This document shows, in pieces, positions 48,746-59,035 of a DNA stretch of 64,000 bases; positions within the stretch are counted from its first letter, which is position 1, and the number at the start of each line of letters is the position of its first letter. The notes below the pieces were generated by a model, which worked only from the letters and a program-made list of their open reading frames with translations, ran no database searches and was not told the origin of the DNA. This DNA comes from Promethearchaeota archaeon. GTDB taxonomy: Archaea > Asgardarchaeota > Lokiarchaeia > Sigyniarchaeales > SOKP01. The stretch lies in assembly GCA_029838195.1 (NCBI GenBank), contig JALGVJ010000004.1:64001-128000 (forward strand), given 5' to 3'. The translations under genes were made by a program, and so were the position numbers.

Positions 48746-50215
48746 ATGGTAGACAATCCTAATTTTATTATAATCATGCCCGATCAGCATAGAGCTGATG
48801 TATTAGGCATGGTAAATCCTCAAGTTAAAACACCAAACCTCGATCGACTTGCTTCTGAAGGCGTGAGATTTGCTAATGCGATCACTCAAAGTCCACTTTG
48901 TGTTCCTGCGAGAGCGGCATTCTTAGTAGGGAAGTATGTCCATGAAACAGGGGCATACACGAATAAGATGTTCATTCATAAAACCAATCCAATGTTGATA
49001 AAGGATTCTTTTTTAAATCTCTTAAAAAAGCGAGGTTATCGTAATATTGATATAGGAAAGATGCATCTTGTGCGTCATCATGGGTATGATGCTTTGAAAA
49101 AAGCGGGAGATAAAAACTTAAAAATAATTGATAATGTGAGTTTTCATTATGATAAAATGGAAGAATTAGGATTTACTGAATGCCAGGAAGTATGTGGAAA
49201 AATGGAAAGCGCTTACGTAGGCTCAAAATATATAGATTCTTTACAAGAACATGGATTTTTAAAGATATATCATGAGTGGGCAATGAAATATCCTATTCTT
49301 TTAGCAGAGCCCATGCCCATCCCGAAAGAGTTTTATATTGATTATTTCGTTGGCGATATGGCTATAAAATGGTTAGAAAATCATCTGAAAAGCCCAAAAT
49401 CTGACAAGCCATTCTGTTTATTTATTGGTTTTCCAGGTCCCCATGATCCATTTGATGTTGTAAAAGAATATGCTGATTTATATGATCCCGATGAGATTCA
49501 ATTAATTGATGAAGAGTTAGAAGAACCTAAACGACCATTTCCGAAATACATCATGCGATCAAGAATTATAAGTCGTAGCAAGCATGTAACTGAAGATTAT
49601 ATAAGAAAAGCTCGAGCAATGTATTATGGTAATGTAACATTAATAGATGAAAAGGTGGGAGAAATCAGAAAAATACTTGAAGAAAATGGGGTATTAGACA
49701 ATACTTGGATAATTTACACGAGCGATCATGGCGAACAATTAGGCTCTCATAAACTTTTCATGAAATTCGTGTTTTATCGGGAATCGGTAAATGTACCCTT
49801 GATCATTCGTCCTCCTCAAGGCATGAAAGGTAAGGTTATCGAAAATGATGTTGAGTTAATAGATGTTCCAACTACCCTTCTTGATATTCTCAATATAGAT
49901 CTTCCTCCAAACCATCGAGGAAAATCTTTATTGCCGCTGATCATGAATGAAAAGGAAGGAACTGATTACCAACATAAAGAATTATGCATTAGTCAAGTAG
50001 GGAATTATGCGATGGGGCTTACAAAAAAATGGAAATTCGTTGTCGATAGTTCAACCGGAAAATTATTAGAATTATATGAAAGAGAACATGATTATTATGA
50101 AAATAATAATTTAGCATTGATCTCAGAGGAAAAACATACAGGAGAACAACTTTATCGAAAATATTTGGAGAAAATTATTCCAAAAATAGAAATTCCAGGA
50201 GGGTTTCAATTATAG
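48746..50215 (+). CDS. Cys-type sulfatase
   Basis: PNFIIIMPDQHR, CVPAR (CxPxR), GKMHL, PHDP, SDHG. Confidence 0.92.
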   Translation: MVDNPNFIIIMPDQHRADVLGMVNPQVKTPNLDRLASEGVRFANAITQSPLCVPARAAFLVGKYVHETGAYTNKMFIHKTNPMLIKDSFLNLLKKRGYRNIDIGKMHLVRHHGYDALKKAGDKNLKIIDNVSFHYDKMEELGFTECQEVCGKMESAYVGSKYIDSLQEHGFLKIYHEWAMKYPILLAEPMPIPKEFYIDYFVGDMAIKWLENHLKSPKSDKPFCLFIGFPGPHDPFDVVKEYADLYDPDEIQLIDEELEEPKRPFPKYIMRSRIISRSKHVTEDYIRKARAMYYGNVTLIDEKVGEIRKILEENGVLDNTWIIYTSDHGEQLGSHKLFMKFVFYRESVNVPLIIRPPQGMKGKVIENDVELIDVPTTLLDILNIDLPPNHRGKSLLPLIMNEKEGTDYQHKELCISQVGNYAMGLTKKWKFVVDSSTGKLLELYEREHDYYENNNLALISEEKHTGEQLYRKYLEKIIPKIEIPGGFQL

Positions 50216-50459
50216 CTCCTAATAGTAAATTGCATGATATAAATCAAATCTATATTTAAATCCGGAATTTTATTTAGTTCAGTAGAAAAAAAGAGATCTC
50301 GTTGAATATTTTTATTTATCATAATATTGAAAATTAAAATCATAATTATAGAAAAGCAAACTCTAATGGACACGCAATCGTCGTTCTTTTATAAGAACAT
50401 GAGAAACGATGATTGTTTGAATTTTAAAATTTCCAAATAATCAAGAATTAACTTTTAAA

Positions 50460-51857
50460 ATGATTGAAGATAAACCAAACATTTTAATTTTTTTTCCGGA
50501 CCAGCATAGAGGAGATTGGATGCCTTATACTAGAGATGTATTTAAGCGTCTTGGAATGCAAGAATTACCTTTAAGGATGCCTAATATAAAGAAGATGATG
50601 AAAAACGGAGTATCATTTACAAATGCGATAACCTCCTCTCCTTTATGTGCTCCAGCAAGAGCATGTCTTGCCGCGGGATTGCGATATAAAAACTGTAAAG
50701 TAAAGGGAAACCATGAAAATTTTCCTATTGATCAGAAGGTTTATTATTCCATATTAAAGGAACATGAATATAGTGTCGGATCTGTTGGTAAATTAGATTT
50801 ACATAAACCATCACTTTATTGGGGTTTAAATGGGTGGATTCCAGATCTGGAAATGCTCGGTTTTACCCATGTGATCGATTGTGAAGGAAAATGGGATGCA
50901 ATATTATCTGTAATCATGGAAAATGATGATAAAGAGAAGAAAAAAAGGGTAAAACCAAAGGATTTTAAACCTAAAGGTCCCTATCTAAAATATCTTCAAG
51001 AAAATGACTTGTTAATTACCCATGTTAAAGATTTCTTAAAACGATTTGGTAAAAGAAATTTTAATACAGAACCAACACCCTTACCTGAAGATGCATATTG
51101 CGATAACTGGATTGGAAGAAAAGCGATAGAAATGCTGAGAAGATTTCCTGAAGATAAACCATGGCATCTAGTTGTCAATTTCACGGGACCTCATGATCCT
51201 TGGGACGTGACTAAAAGAATGAAGAAAGCATGGGAACATGTTTCTTTTCCAGCACCTCATGCCGGAAATGAAGAGACGGTTGATGATGAAATTAAAGTAA
51301 GGCAAAATTATGCTGCAATGTTAGAAAATATTGACCGCAATATTGGTTTGATTCTTGAGGAAGTAAAAAAAGCAGGTCAATTATCAAACACGATTGTTAT
51401 CTATACGAGTGATCACGGGGAAATGTTAGGTGATTTCAAACGATATGGCAAAACTAGACCTGAAAGAGGGTCAGTAAAAATTCCCTTGGTTATAACGGGG
51501 CCAAATATAGAAAAAGGGAAATATTCAGATGCACTTGTTGAGCTTCAAGATTTAACAAAAACGATCCTCGATTATGCGGGAGCAGAAATGAGAGAAGCAA
51601 GGGATTCACTCTCCTTTAGGAAAATCCTCGAAGGAACCGAAAAAGACCATAGGGAATGTCAAATTTCGGCTCTTGATCTTTCGGATATTGGTTCAATAAA
51701 ATGGAAGATGATATCAAATGGAAAATATAAGTTAATTATAGAAAATAGTGAAAACATTCGATTACATGATATGGAAGTGGATCCTTGGGAAGATCACAAT
51801 ATCGCAGAAAAACGTCCATCCGTTGTAGCTGAATTATTAAAAAAATTAAATTGCTAA
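50460..51857 (+). CDS. Cys-type sulfatase
   Basis: PNILIFFPDQHR, CAPAR, GKLDL, PHDP, SDHGE, DPWE..N. Confidence 0.92.
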   Translation: MIEDKPNILIFFPDQHRGDWMPYTRDVFKRLGMQELPLRMPNIKKMMKNGVSFTNAITSSPLCAPARACLAAGLRYKNCKVKGNHENFPIDQKVYYSILKEHEYSVGSVGKLDLHKPSLYWGLNGWIPDLEMLGFTHVIDCEGKWDAILSVIMENDDKEKKKRVKPKDFKPKGPYLKYLQENDLLITHVKDFLKRFGKRNFNTEPTPLPEDAYCDNWIGRKAIEMLRRFPEDKPWHLVVNFTGPHDPWDVTKRMKKAWEHVSFPAPHAGNEETVDDEIKVRQNYAAMLENIDRNIGLILEEVKKAGQLSNTIVIYTSDHGEMLGDFKRYGKTRPERGSVKIPLVITGPNIEKGKYSDALVELQDLTKTILDYAGAEMREARDSLSFRKILEGTEKDHRECQISALDLSDIGSIKWKMISNGKYKLIIENSENIRLHDMEVDPWEDHNIAEKRPSVVAELLKKLNC

Positions 51858-51877
51858 AATCATCAATATTTCCGAAT

Positions 51878-52195
51878 TCATTTTAACACGTTTTTAATGA
51901 GCTGTTTTAGCATTCGAGCTGTATCAATAATGATGTTGTTTAAACCTGCCCCACTTTCGCTTTGGGAGCCGATAAACCATAAATTCTTAATAGGTGTTTC
52001 ATGAGGAATTTTTGGCATGTCCTTTATCGGAGCCATCCCGCCAAATGCGTGGTGTTTTACTCGGATTATTTTCTTAAAAATCTTCTGTGGTTAAGAGGAT
52101 TTTTATTTTTACGTGCTTCCGCAAGTCGGGAATGAATTTTTCTGCTTGAATTAATAATTTTTCAGTAAATCCTTCCTTTTTTTCTTCCCAGCTCC
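51878..52195 (-). pseudogene. 3' remnant of a phytoene desaturase-like (CrtI/COG1233) FAD oxidoreductase with a frameshift
   Basis: One frame reads WEEKKEGFTEKLLIQAEKFIPDLRKHVKIKILLTTEDF*. After a shift in the A5 run at 52076-52080 it continues KKIIRVKHHAFGGMAPIKDMPKIPHETPIKNLWFIGSQSESGAGLNN...NVLK*. No recognisable N-terminal part lies upstream. Confidence 0.72.
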
Positions 52196-52908
52196 TGCAT
52201 TCTAATTTATTCTCTATGAAAATAGAGAAGAGGATAAATTTTCAGCATTTATAGCAGTCTTTTAGCATTATTTTGTAAAAAAATCTCAACTATGCGTTAA
52301 TTTTAAAATTTTCATTTTAGGATATTTTATTATACCCTTTCTATTCATACTAATTCATTATGATCGTGAAACTTCTGTTTCTCGAAAAAACAAGTTTATC
52401 GGTATATTATAATCATTTATATTTAAGTAATTCTTTTACCATTATTTTTCATGATATCCTTCATGATAATTTTAAAATATTATTTCTCTTTTCTTCTACT
52501 AGAATTTTTGCCATTAATTTTTCTCAGAGAAATTGTTTATAGACTTGATGTTCTTTTCTTAAATCAATGCTTTCATTATCTAGCATTTTAGATTCTTGCG
52601 TGAAATGGATCAAGTTCCTATCCCCCAAATAAAAACCTTGCTATTTGGCATGATTAATTGATTAATCATGGGACATGGGATTCACTATTAAAAAAAAATA
52701 TATTTTCTAATAAATAGGTTTTTTGTCGAATAGAATTGAGTAAAATTTTTCATCCGGTACCCGCTATCAACCATCACATTTAAATAGGAAAAAAACCAAT
52801 ATTTAACTAAGTACCTTAAATTTATAGGACATTTCAAAATTTAAGGTATCGCATAAATAAGCAATTAGAATAAAAATATTAAATAAAAAAGTGGAGGAAT
52901 AAAAAATC

Positions 52909-53115
52909 ATGCCAGCTTTTGCATGGTCGCCCCTACGTGCTTTAATGAAAAAAGCAGGGGCAGAAATCGTAAGTCGTGCTGCTGTAGACAAATTAATGGA
53001 TTACTTAGAAGAATATGCTAAAGAATTAACCGCATGTGCTCTTGACATTGCCAAGCATTCCGGAAGAAAGAAAATTACAGCGGATGACATGAAATTAGCC
53101 ATTAAAATGGTCTAA
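52909..53115 (+). CDS. Archaeal histone (HMf-like, tail-less)
   Basis: Histone fold PLRALMKKAGAEIVS..A...L...LEE......A...AKHSGRKKITADD; SD GTGGAGG. Confidence 0.93.
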   Translation: MPAFAWSPLRALMKKAGAEIVSRAAVDKLMDYLEEYAKELTACALDIAKHSGRKKITADDMKLAIKMV

Positions 53116-53164
53116 ATTTAAAAACAATTAATTAGCACGACCAAATACTTAAAATTTTATTTTA

Positions 53165-53179
53165 TTTTTTTTTTTTTTT
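53165..53179 (+). terminator. Poly-T terminator downstream of the histone gene
   Basis: Run of 15 T about 50 nt after the stop codon. Confidence 0.6.
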
Positions 53180-53447
53180 CTTGATATAATCCATCTTATA
53201 ATTAAAGGAAAAAATTTTAGTGATTAGAAGCGAACTATAGTTCGCAAGGAATTTTTTTTATTTTAATATTTTTCAAATTTATCTATTTTCTTGTTGTCAA
53301 TCTGATTAAATACCATTAGATTTTAGAGGGGGTTATAAATCTTACCTTGTATTCATGAAAGATTGTTATTTACATTTTAGTATGAAAAAGTGTAAAAAGT
53401 AAGGGAGAAATCAAAAACGATAAAATGAAAGAAGAATTTTAAAAAAT

Positions 53448-55433
53448 ATGGATGGAGACCCTCAGAGAAGGCCTTTTACCAAATTATATTCGATCCCTTT
53501 CCATGAAGTAGAGATCACGGATGAGTTTTGGTCGAAGAAGCAAGAGATTAATGCAACAATTTCCCTGTATAAAATGTATGGAGAACTTGAGAAACACCAT
53601 CACGTGGATAATTTTAGAGTGGCGGCGGGTGTAAAGAAAGGGATTCAAATGGGAGATTTTTATTACGATTCGGATCTTTATAAGTGGTTAGAAGGGGCTT
53701 GTTATTTTTTAAAATTAAAAAAAAATTATGATTTAGAGCGAATAATTAGAGAAATTGTCGAGCTAATTAAGAAAGCACAATTAAAAGATGGATATATAAA
53801 TACGTTTTTTTCAACTAAATTTATTGAGAAGAGATTTACTAATTTTATGGTTTTTCATGAATTATACTGTGCGGGTCATCTTTTTGAAGCTGCCGTGGCA
53901 CATCATGAGACTTTTAAAAATTCAGAATTATTAGAAGTAGCTAAGCGATTTGCAAATCTATTGGTAAATTTGTTTTTAGAAGGTCAGATAGTGGATACCG
54001 CCGGACATCCTGAAATAGAATTAGCATTAATGAGATTAAATGAGATTACCGGAATAAAAGAATATGTGGAACTAACACGGAATTTAATTGAATTAAGGGG
54101 AAATTTACCGAGGTATAAGACGTATGTTTTAAGAAATTTAATCCACTTGATAAGAACATTAAATGCAGCGGAAAAAATCAAGAAAGAATACATGAAAGAA
54201 GCAGGCATTTTAGAATTACCGAAAGAGGAAGTTTCGGAATTTATTGCCGGTTTAAATATGTCTGATGGAGTACAATTTTTATTAGAAAATTTAAATGGTA
54301 AGTATTATCAATTAGATAAACCAATAAGAGAGGTTTGGGAGCCAGTAGGACATTGCGTTCGAGCTTTATATCTTTATTGCGGTGTGTTAGATTTATATTG
54401 CCTGATAGGAGATGAATCATTATTAACAGCCATGGAAAGAACGTGGTTAAAGATGGTGAAGGCTCGAATGTACGTAACCGGGGGTGTAGGGAATACGAGA
54501 GGTACAGAAGGATTCTTAAATGATTTTAATTTAAAAAATGAGGATTCATATTCAGAAACTTGTGCTACCATTGCTAATTTCTTCTGGAATTGGCGTTTAT
54601 TAAATGTAACGGGAAAAAGCAAGCACGCAGATTTAATGGAGAAGCTCATGTATAATGCTATATTAGTAGGGCAATCCTTAGATGGAAAAAAATATTTTTA
54701 TTCTAATCCGATGCTTTCAAAGGGAAAGGATGAGCGCAAGGAATGGTTCAAGTGTGCTTGTTGTCCAACAAATTTCATACGATTCATTCCAACTATTGGT
54801 CAATATATTTATGGTTTTAATGAAAGGGGTATATGGGTCCATCAATATATTAGCAGTAAAACTACCTTGAAACTTCCATCGGGGCAAGAAATTTCTCTAA
54901 CTCAAAAAAGTGGGTTTCCATGGAAAGGAAATGTGGAGCTCCAATTAGAATCGGATAAAGATGGAAGATATTCTCTTTTTCTACGTATTCCAGAATGGGC
55001 TCAATCCACGAAACTTAGTTTAAATGATGAGCCTTATCAAGGAAATGTTCAATCAGGCAGGTATCTTCAAATTATAAAAAGTTGGAACAAGGAAGAGAAG
55101 ATTAACTTGAATTTTAAGATGGCCCCTTATCTTATTAAAAGTGATCCTCGAATAAAATCAAATAGAAATAAAATAGTAATAGCATGTGGACCATTAATTT
55201 ATTGCATGGAACAAGTTGATAATAAAGATTTTGACATCTTTCAATGTAAGATTTCAAAGCAACCGAATTTAGTTGTAAAAAAGAAACCCGACCTTTTAGA
55301 AGGGATACATGTAATTCAAGGTGAAACATCGAAGGGTAAAATTTTTACGGCAATTCCTTATTATGCCTGGTGCAATCGTGGTCCGACGGCCATGCAAGTG
55401 TGGTTACCAATCGAGACAATTGAACGAGAGTGA
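53448..55433 (+). CDS. Glycoside hydrolase family 127 (beta-L-arabinofuranosidase-like)
   Basis: DSDLYKWLE, HELYCAGH, GHPEIELAL, GHCVRA, YSETCA, CACCP, IPYYAWCNRG. Confidence 0.92.
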   Translation: MDGDPQRRPFTKLYSIPFHEVEITDEFWSKKQEINATISLYKMYGELEKHHHVDNFRVAAGVKKGIQMGDFYYDSDLYKWLEGACYFLKLKKNYDLERIIREIVELIKKAQLKDGYINTFFSTKFIEKRFTNFMVFHELYCAGHLFEAAVAHHETFKNSELLEVAKRFANLLVNLFLEGQIVDTAGHPEIELALMRLNEITGIKEYVELTRNLIELRGNLPRYKTYVLRNLIHLIRTLNAAEKIKKEYMKEAGILELPKEEVSEFIAGLNMSDGVQFLLENLNGKYYQLDKPIREVWEPVGHCVRALYLYCGVLDLYCLIGDESLLTAMERTWLKMVKARMYVTGGVGNTRGTEGFLNDFNLKNEDSYSETCATIANFFWNWRLLNVTGKSKHADLMEKLMYNAILVGQSLDGKKYFYSNPMLSKGKDERKEWFKCACCPTNFIRFIPTIGQYIYGFNERGIWVHQYISSKTTLKLPSGQEISLTQKSGFPWKGNVELQLESDKDGRYSLFLRIPEWAQSTKLSLNDEPYQGNVQSGRYLQIIKSWNKEEKINLNFKMAPYLIKSDPRIKSNRNKIVIACGPLIYCMEQVDNKDFDIFQCKISKQPNLVVKKKPDLLEGIHVIQGETSKGKIFTAIPYYAWCNRGPTAMQVWLPIETIERE

Positions 55434-55505
55434 GAATATTTAATATTCAATAATAAGAAAAAAGGTTTTTTTAGCATTTTTCGATTATTTCTTTTAAAAT
55501 TTATA

Positions 55506-56786
55506 TTACTGAGAAGAAGTTCTCTTTTTAATGAATTCTTTGAATCTACACATCCTATCTAAGGCCTTGGCTGTTAAATCAATGGATTCAAAAATGGGAA
55601 TTCCATGCTTGAAGAGTTCTTGCTTGAATTTTAATTTCTCTTTGTAATCATCCACGTTATCTATCACTTTATTCGTTAATCCACTCCCTCCTAAATCTAA
55701 AGGATTGCGAATGATCGTGTTGACCGAAGGTAAGAACTTGTTAAATTCACGCGCCGTTTCCGTTGTCAATTTTGGTACTTTTAAATTGTAAAATTCCATT
55801 TGCTCGGTTAATTCAATGGAAGAGCCTCCTCCTACTGCCACAATTCCCAAATTGCGATCAACTAATTCTATATCCAAATAATTAAAAGCCATTGCTAAGG
55901 TGACTAATTCAAAAGAATCTTGTACTAAATTTGCCCCCGTTTGACTCGCTATCGCCTTCCAAATCCTTGTAGAACCCGCCATCCCTCCTGTATGTGAAAA
56001 AATAGCTTCTCTCGCAGATTCTCCGCTTCCAACCTTCCAAAGAATTACGGGTTTTTTATTCAAAGATAATTCTTTTACAACATGTAGAAATTCTCTCCCG
56101 GTTTTTTGACTCTTAATGTTTTCCAAGTAAATTCCAATGACTTTAGTTTCTTGATCCTTCAAGAAATATTTTAAAAAATCCACGACATTTAAATCAATTT
56201 GATTTCCGATAGAAATTAGCTTGCTCACGTTCGTTCCGTAGGTATATGTCGCCATGTTAGAAATGTTTATAGAGAGTCCACCCGATTGACTGATTACTCC
56301 AAAATTACCGGACTCCGTGGTATGCCATCGACTCACGGCTAACTTTGATTTTGGATTATAAATTCCAAGACAATTGGGGCCAATTATCCTCATATTGTAT
56401 TTTCGAGCAATTTCCAGTAATTTTTTTTCCAAATCCTTGTTCCCTATTTCAGAAAAGCCCGAGGAAAAAATAGTTACAAAAGGAACACCTTTTTTACCCA
56501 CTTCTTCTAATAATTGCGGACATATGGGAGCAGGTACCGCCATGATCACGTAATCGATGGGTTCATTTTCAGGAATTTCTAAAATGGAGCCGTGGACCTG
56601 CAACCCTTCTAAAATTTGTCCTTTCAAGCGCGGATTAAATAAATAGAGGGGTCTATCAAAGCCAATGGACTTTAAACATCGTAAAAAATATCCTCCTCCA
56701 TATGGTTTATTATTTGCTCCAATTATCGCAACAGCTCTTGGATTAAATAATCGTTCAAAATCAATTTGTTCAAAATCAGCTGGCAT
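55506..56786 (-). CDS. CoA-binding protein, ACD alpha-like, with an apparent C-terminal internal deletion
   Basis: PRAVAIIGA, GPNCLG, SQSGG, SIGNQIDL, SHTG, RNPLD. Confidence 0.85.
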   Translation of the reverse strand: MPADFEQIDFERLFNPRAVAIIGANNKPYGGGYFLRCLKSIGFDRPLYLFNPRLKGQILEGLQVHGSILEIPENEPIDYVIMAVPAPICPQLLEEVGKKGVPFVTIFSSGFSEIGNKDLEKKLLEIARKYNMRIIGPNCLGIYNPKSKLAVSRWHTTESGNFGVISQSGGLSINISNMATYTYGTNVSKLISIGNQIDLNVVDFLKYFLKDQETKVIGIYLENIKSQKTGREFLHVVKELSLNKKPVILWKVGSGESAREAIFSHTGGMAGSTRIWKAIASQTGANLVQDSFELVTLAMAFNYLDIELVDRNLGIVAVGGGSSIELTEQMEFYNLKVPKLTTETAREFNKFLPSVNTIIRNPLDLGGSGLTNKVIDNVDDYKEKLKFKQELFKHGIPIFESIDLTAKALDRMCRFKEFIKKRTSSQ

Positions 56787-56885
56787 GATGAGAAAAATGA
56801 AGTTATAAGTAATTATGGAAGATAATTATTAATGTAATAATAATTTAATTCTAAGGAACTGCGAAAATACGCGCAGATATTATTG

Positions 56886-57416
56886 CTATTTTAAGACATA
56901 TTTCGCAAATAAGCATTGAGTCATTATATTAAAAGCTTTCTCAACATTCTCTCCAGTTTTTGAGCTTAATTCAATGTAATGCTTCAAATTATATTTTAAT
57001 GCCGTTAATTCCCCTTCTTTTTGTGAGACTGCTCGAAATTCATCTAAATCAAGCTTTGATCCAATTAAAATAATGGGAATATCTCCAGCGACTTCTCGGA
57101 CTATACTTGTCCAATCCGGGAGATGGGAAATTGTGAGGGCATTAGTAATATCAAAGAGGAAAAAAGCACCATTTGCGCCCTTGCAATATTGAGATAATAA
57201 ATATCTGAATCGAATTTCTCCACCAAAATCCCAGATTTGGAGTTTTACTTTTTTACCATTAAATTCCGTTATTTTGGAATAAAAATCCACGCCAATAGTG
57301 AGTCTAAGATCTTCAAGGAAATATCCTGAAACATATCTTACAGTGAGCGAGGTTTTTCCTACAGAGGCATCGCCCAACATTAATATTTTAAAAGTATAAT
57401 CGTACTCTGGAGTCAT
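56886..57416 (-). CDS. Rab-like small GTPase
   Basis: YDYTFKILMLGDASVGKTS, TIGVDF, KLQIWDFGGE, GSKLD, ELSSKTGENV. Start placed at MTPEYDY. Confidence 0.9.
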   Translation of the reverse strand: MTPEYDYTFKILMLGDASVGKTSLTVRYVSGYFLEDLRLTIGVDFYSKITEFNGKKVKLQIWDFGGEIRFRYLLSQYCKGANGAFFLFDITNALTISHLPDWTSIVREVAGDIPIILIGSKLDLDEFRAVSQKEGELTALKYNLKHYIELSSKTGENVEKAFNIMTQCLFAKYVLK

Positions 57417-57709
57417 GAATGGATTTAAATTGGAATTTGGTTTTAGAATTTGTATTTTATTAACGTTCAAATAGATATCCTAGTAAAGAAAAACAAGTCA
57501 TGTTAATTTAAAATTAATTGAAGATATATTTAATATTAATTATATTTTTAGAAATTCTCTAAGAATATTATTTTGTTTATTATAATAACCTAAAAAACTT
57601 ATTAATATTTTTACCCTTAGAAGGATAGAGTTTTCTTTTAAGGAATAAAAAATCAAAAAATCAAGGATCTCTTGGTTTTTAATTTTTAAGATTTTTATTA
57701 GGAATCAAG

Positions 57710-58969
57710 ATGACCCTTGACAGCAAAAAAATTGAGGCAATTGAAAATTTAGAAACTGAACAAATTCCTTTTGGCTTAACCAAAGAACAGATATTTTCTA
57801 ATAATTTAAAATTAATTGCTAATAAATTAATTAATCTTGAGCATCATAAAATACAATTTTCTGAATTATTATTAAAAAATTTAGATAAATTAGATTTTTC
57901 AGATTTCGTGGATGATCCTTATTTTCTTATCAAGGAAAAAAGAATCAAAACGCGCGTGGAAGCTTCCAACATTTATGGATTGAATTATGCCTGCGTGGAT
58001 GGAAGTTCAGTTCTGAAAAATTTTATGAATATCGATTTCTCTTTTTTGAAAGCTATCGTTGTCAAATATTATTTCAAGGATAATTTTAATGCCGACATCA
58101 GCTATTTTCCAGATTTAAATGGATTTAATAACTATGCCATCGAGGGCAATTATTTAAACACTGAAGAGCAAGTGATGGATGCTAAAGTCTCCTTGGATTT
58201 GAGATTCATGGAATTAAATCTACTCAATGAATTGCTTACCAGAGAATCAGATATAGATTTAATCATTATTGATGGTTCGATCTTAATTACTCCCATCAAT
58301 CTAATATTTTCTAAAAATTACGAAATTTCCCAGACATACGATAAATTATTACAAGAATACCAAAAATTATATTATAATTGTAAGGAAAATCGAGTTCTTT
58401 TAGTTGGGGTCATCAAGGATACTAAAACGAGTGCATTAACCAATGAACTTAGAGAAGCAATAAATTTATTGAAACCAAACACCATAAATCTCCAACATTT
58501 TCTTACTTCTAATTATCGCATACTCATGGATTATTTCACGGATCTTGATTTGTTTAATCGAGTATTAGAAAAAGGAGAGAGGAGTTGCGTTTTTAAAATA
58601 AAACGTGAAATCGATAAAATTAGGGATGATGGCATTAAAAAAGAGATTCCCTATTATTTTCCCTTAGATTTTCATGCTTTTTATCTCAAATCTGTTCGCC
58701 ATGATTTTCCCATTCGAATTGAATTTTTCTTGGAAAAAGGGAGCTCTCGAAATGATGTCATTTCTAAAGCAAATTTAATTGCTTCCTTGCTCCTTCCAAT
58801 ATCGAGCTGTAATGAAAATTATGCGCTTCCCATACCTCAGATTGAAGCTCATAAAAGAGCTACTTTTAAACCATCAGAAATTGATTTTCTTTTTAATAAC
58901 CTTGTTAGATCCTTACATAAACATGGTCTACAATTGGTGGAAAAAAGAAGAAACAGAAGACCTTTTTAA
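57710..58969 (+). CDS. NurA-family 5'-3' nuclease
   Basis: ACVDGS, IIIDGSI, GVIKD, PIRIEF, YALPIPQIEAHKRA. Confidence 0.82.
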   Translation: MTLDSKKIEAIENLETEQIPFGLTKEQIFSNNLKLIANKLINLEHHKIQFSELLLKNLDKLDFSDFVDDPYFLIKEKRIKTRVEASNIYGLNYACVDGSSVLKNFMNIDFSFLKAIVVKYYFKDNFNADISYFPDLNGFNNYAIEGNYLNTEEQVMDAKVSLDLRFMELNLLNELLTRESDIDLIIIDGSILITPINLIFSKNYEISQTYDKLLQEYQKLYYNCKENRVLLVGVIKDTKTSALTNELREAINLLKPNTINLQHFLTSNYRILMDYFTDLDLFNRVLEKGERSCVFKIKREIDKIRDDGIKKEIPYYFPLDFHAFYLKSVRHDFPIRIEFFLEKGSSRNDVISKANLIASLLLPISSCNENYALPIPQIEAHKRATFKPSEIDFLFNNLVRSLHKHGLQLVEKRRNRRPF

Positions 58970-59035
58970 CTGGATTAAAGAGAATTAATTTGAATAAAAA
59001 GCGAAGGTTCCATATTAACTACTACCTCTAACGTT

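Noticed and set aside
52360-52542. 60-aa ORF upstream of the histone gene
   Set aside because: Low-complexity AT-rich translation with no motif or SD site; probably spurious.
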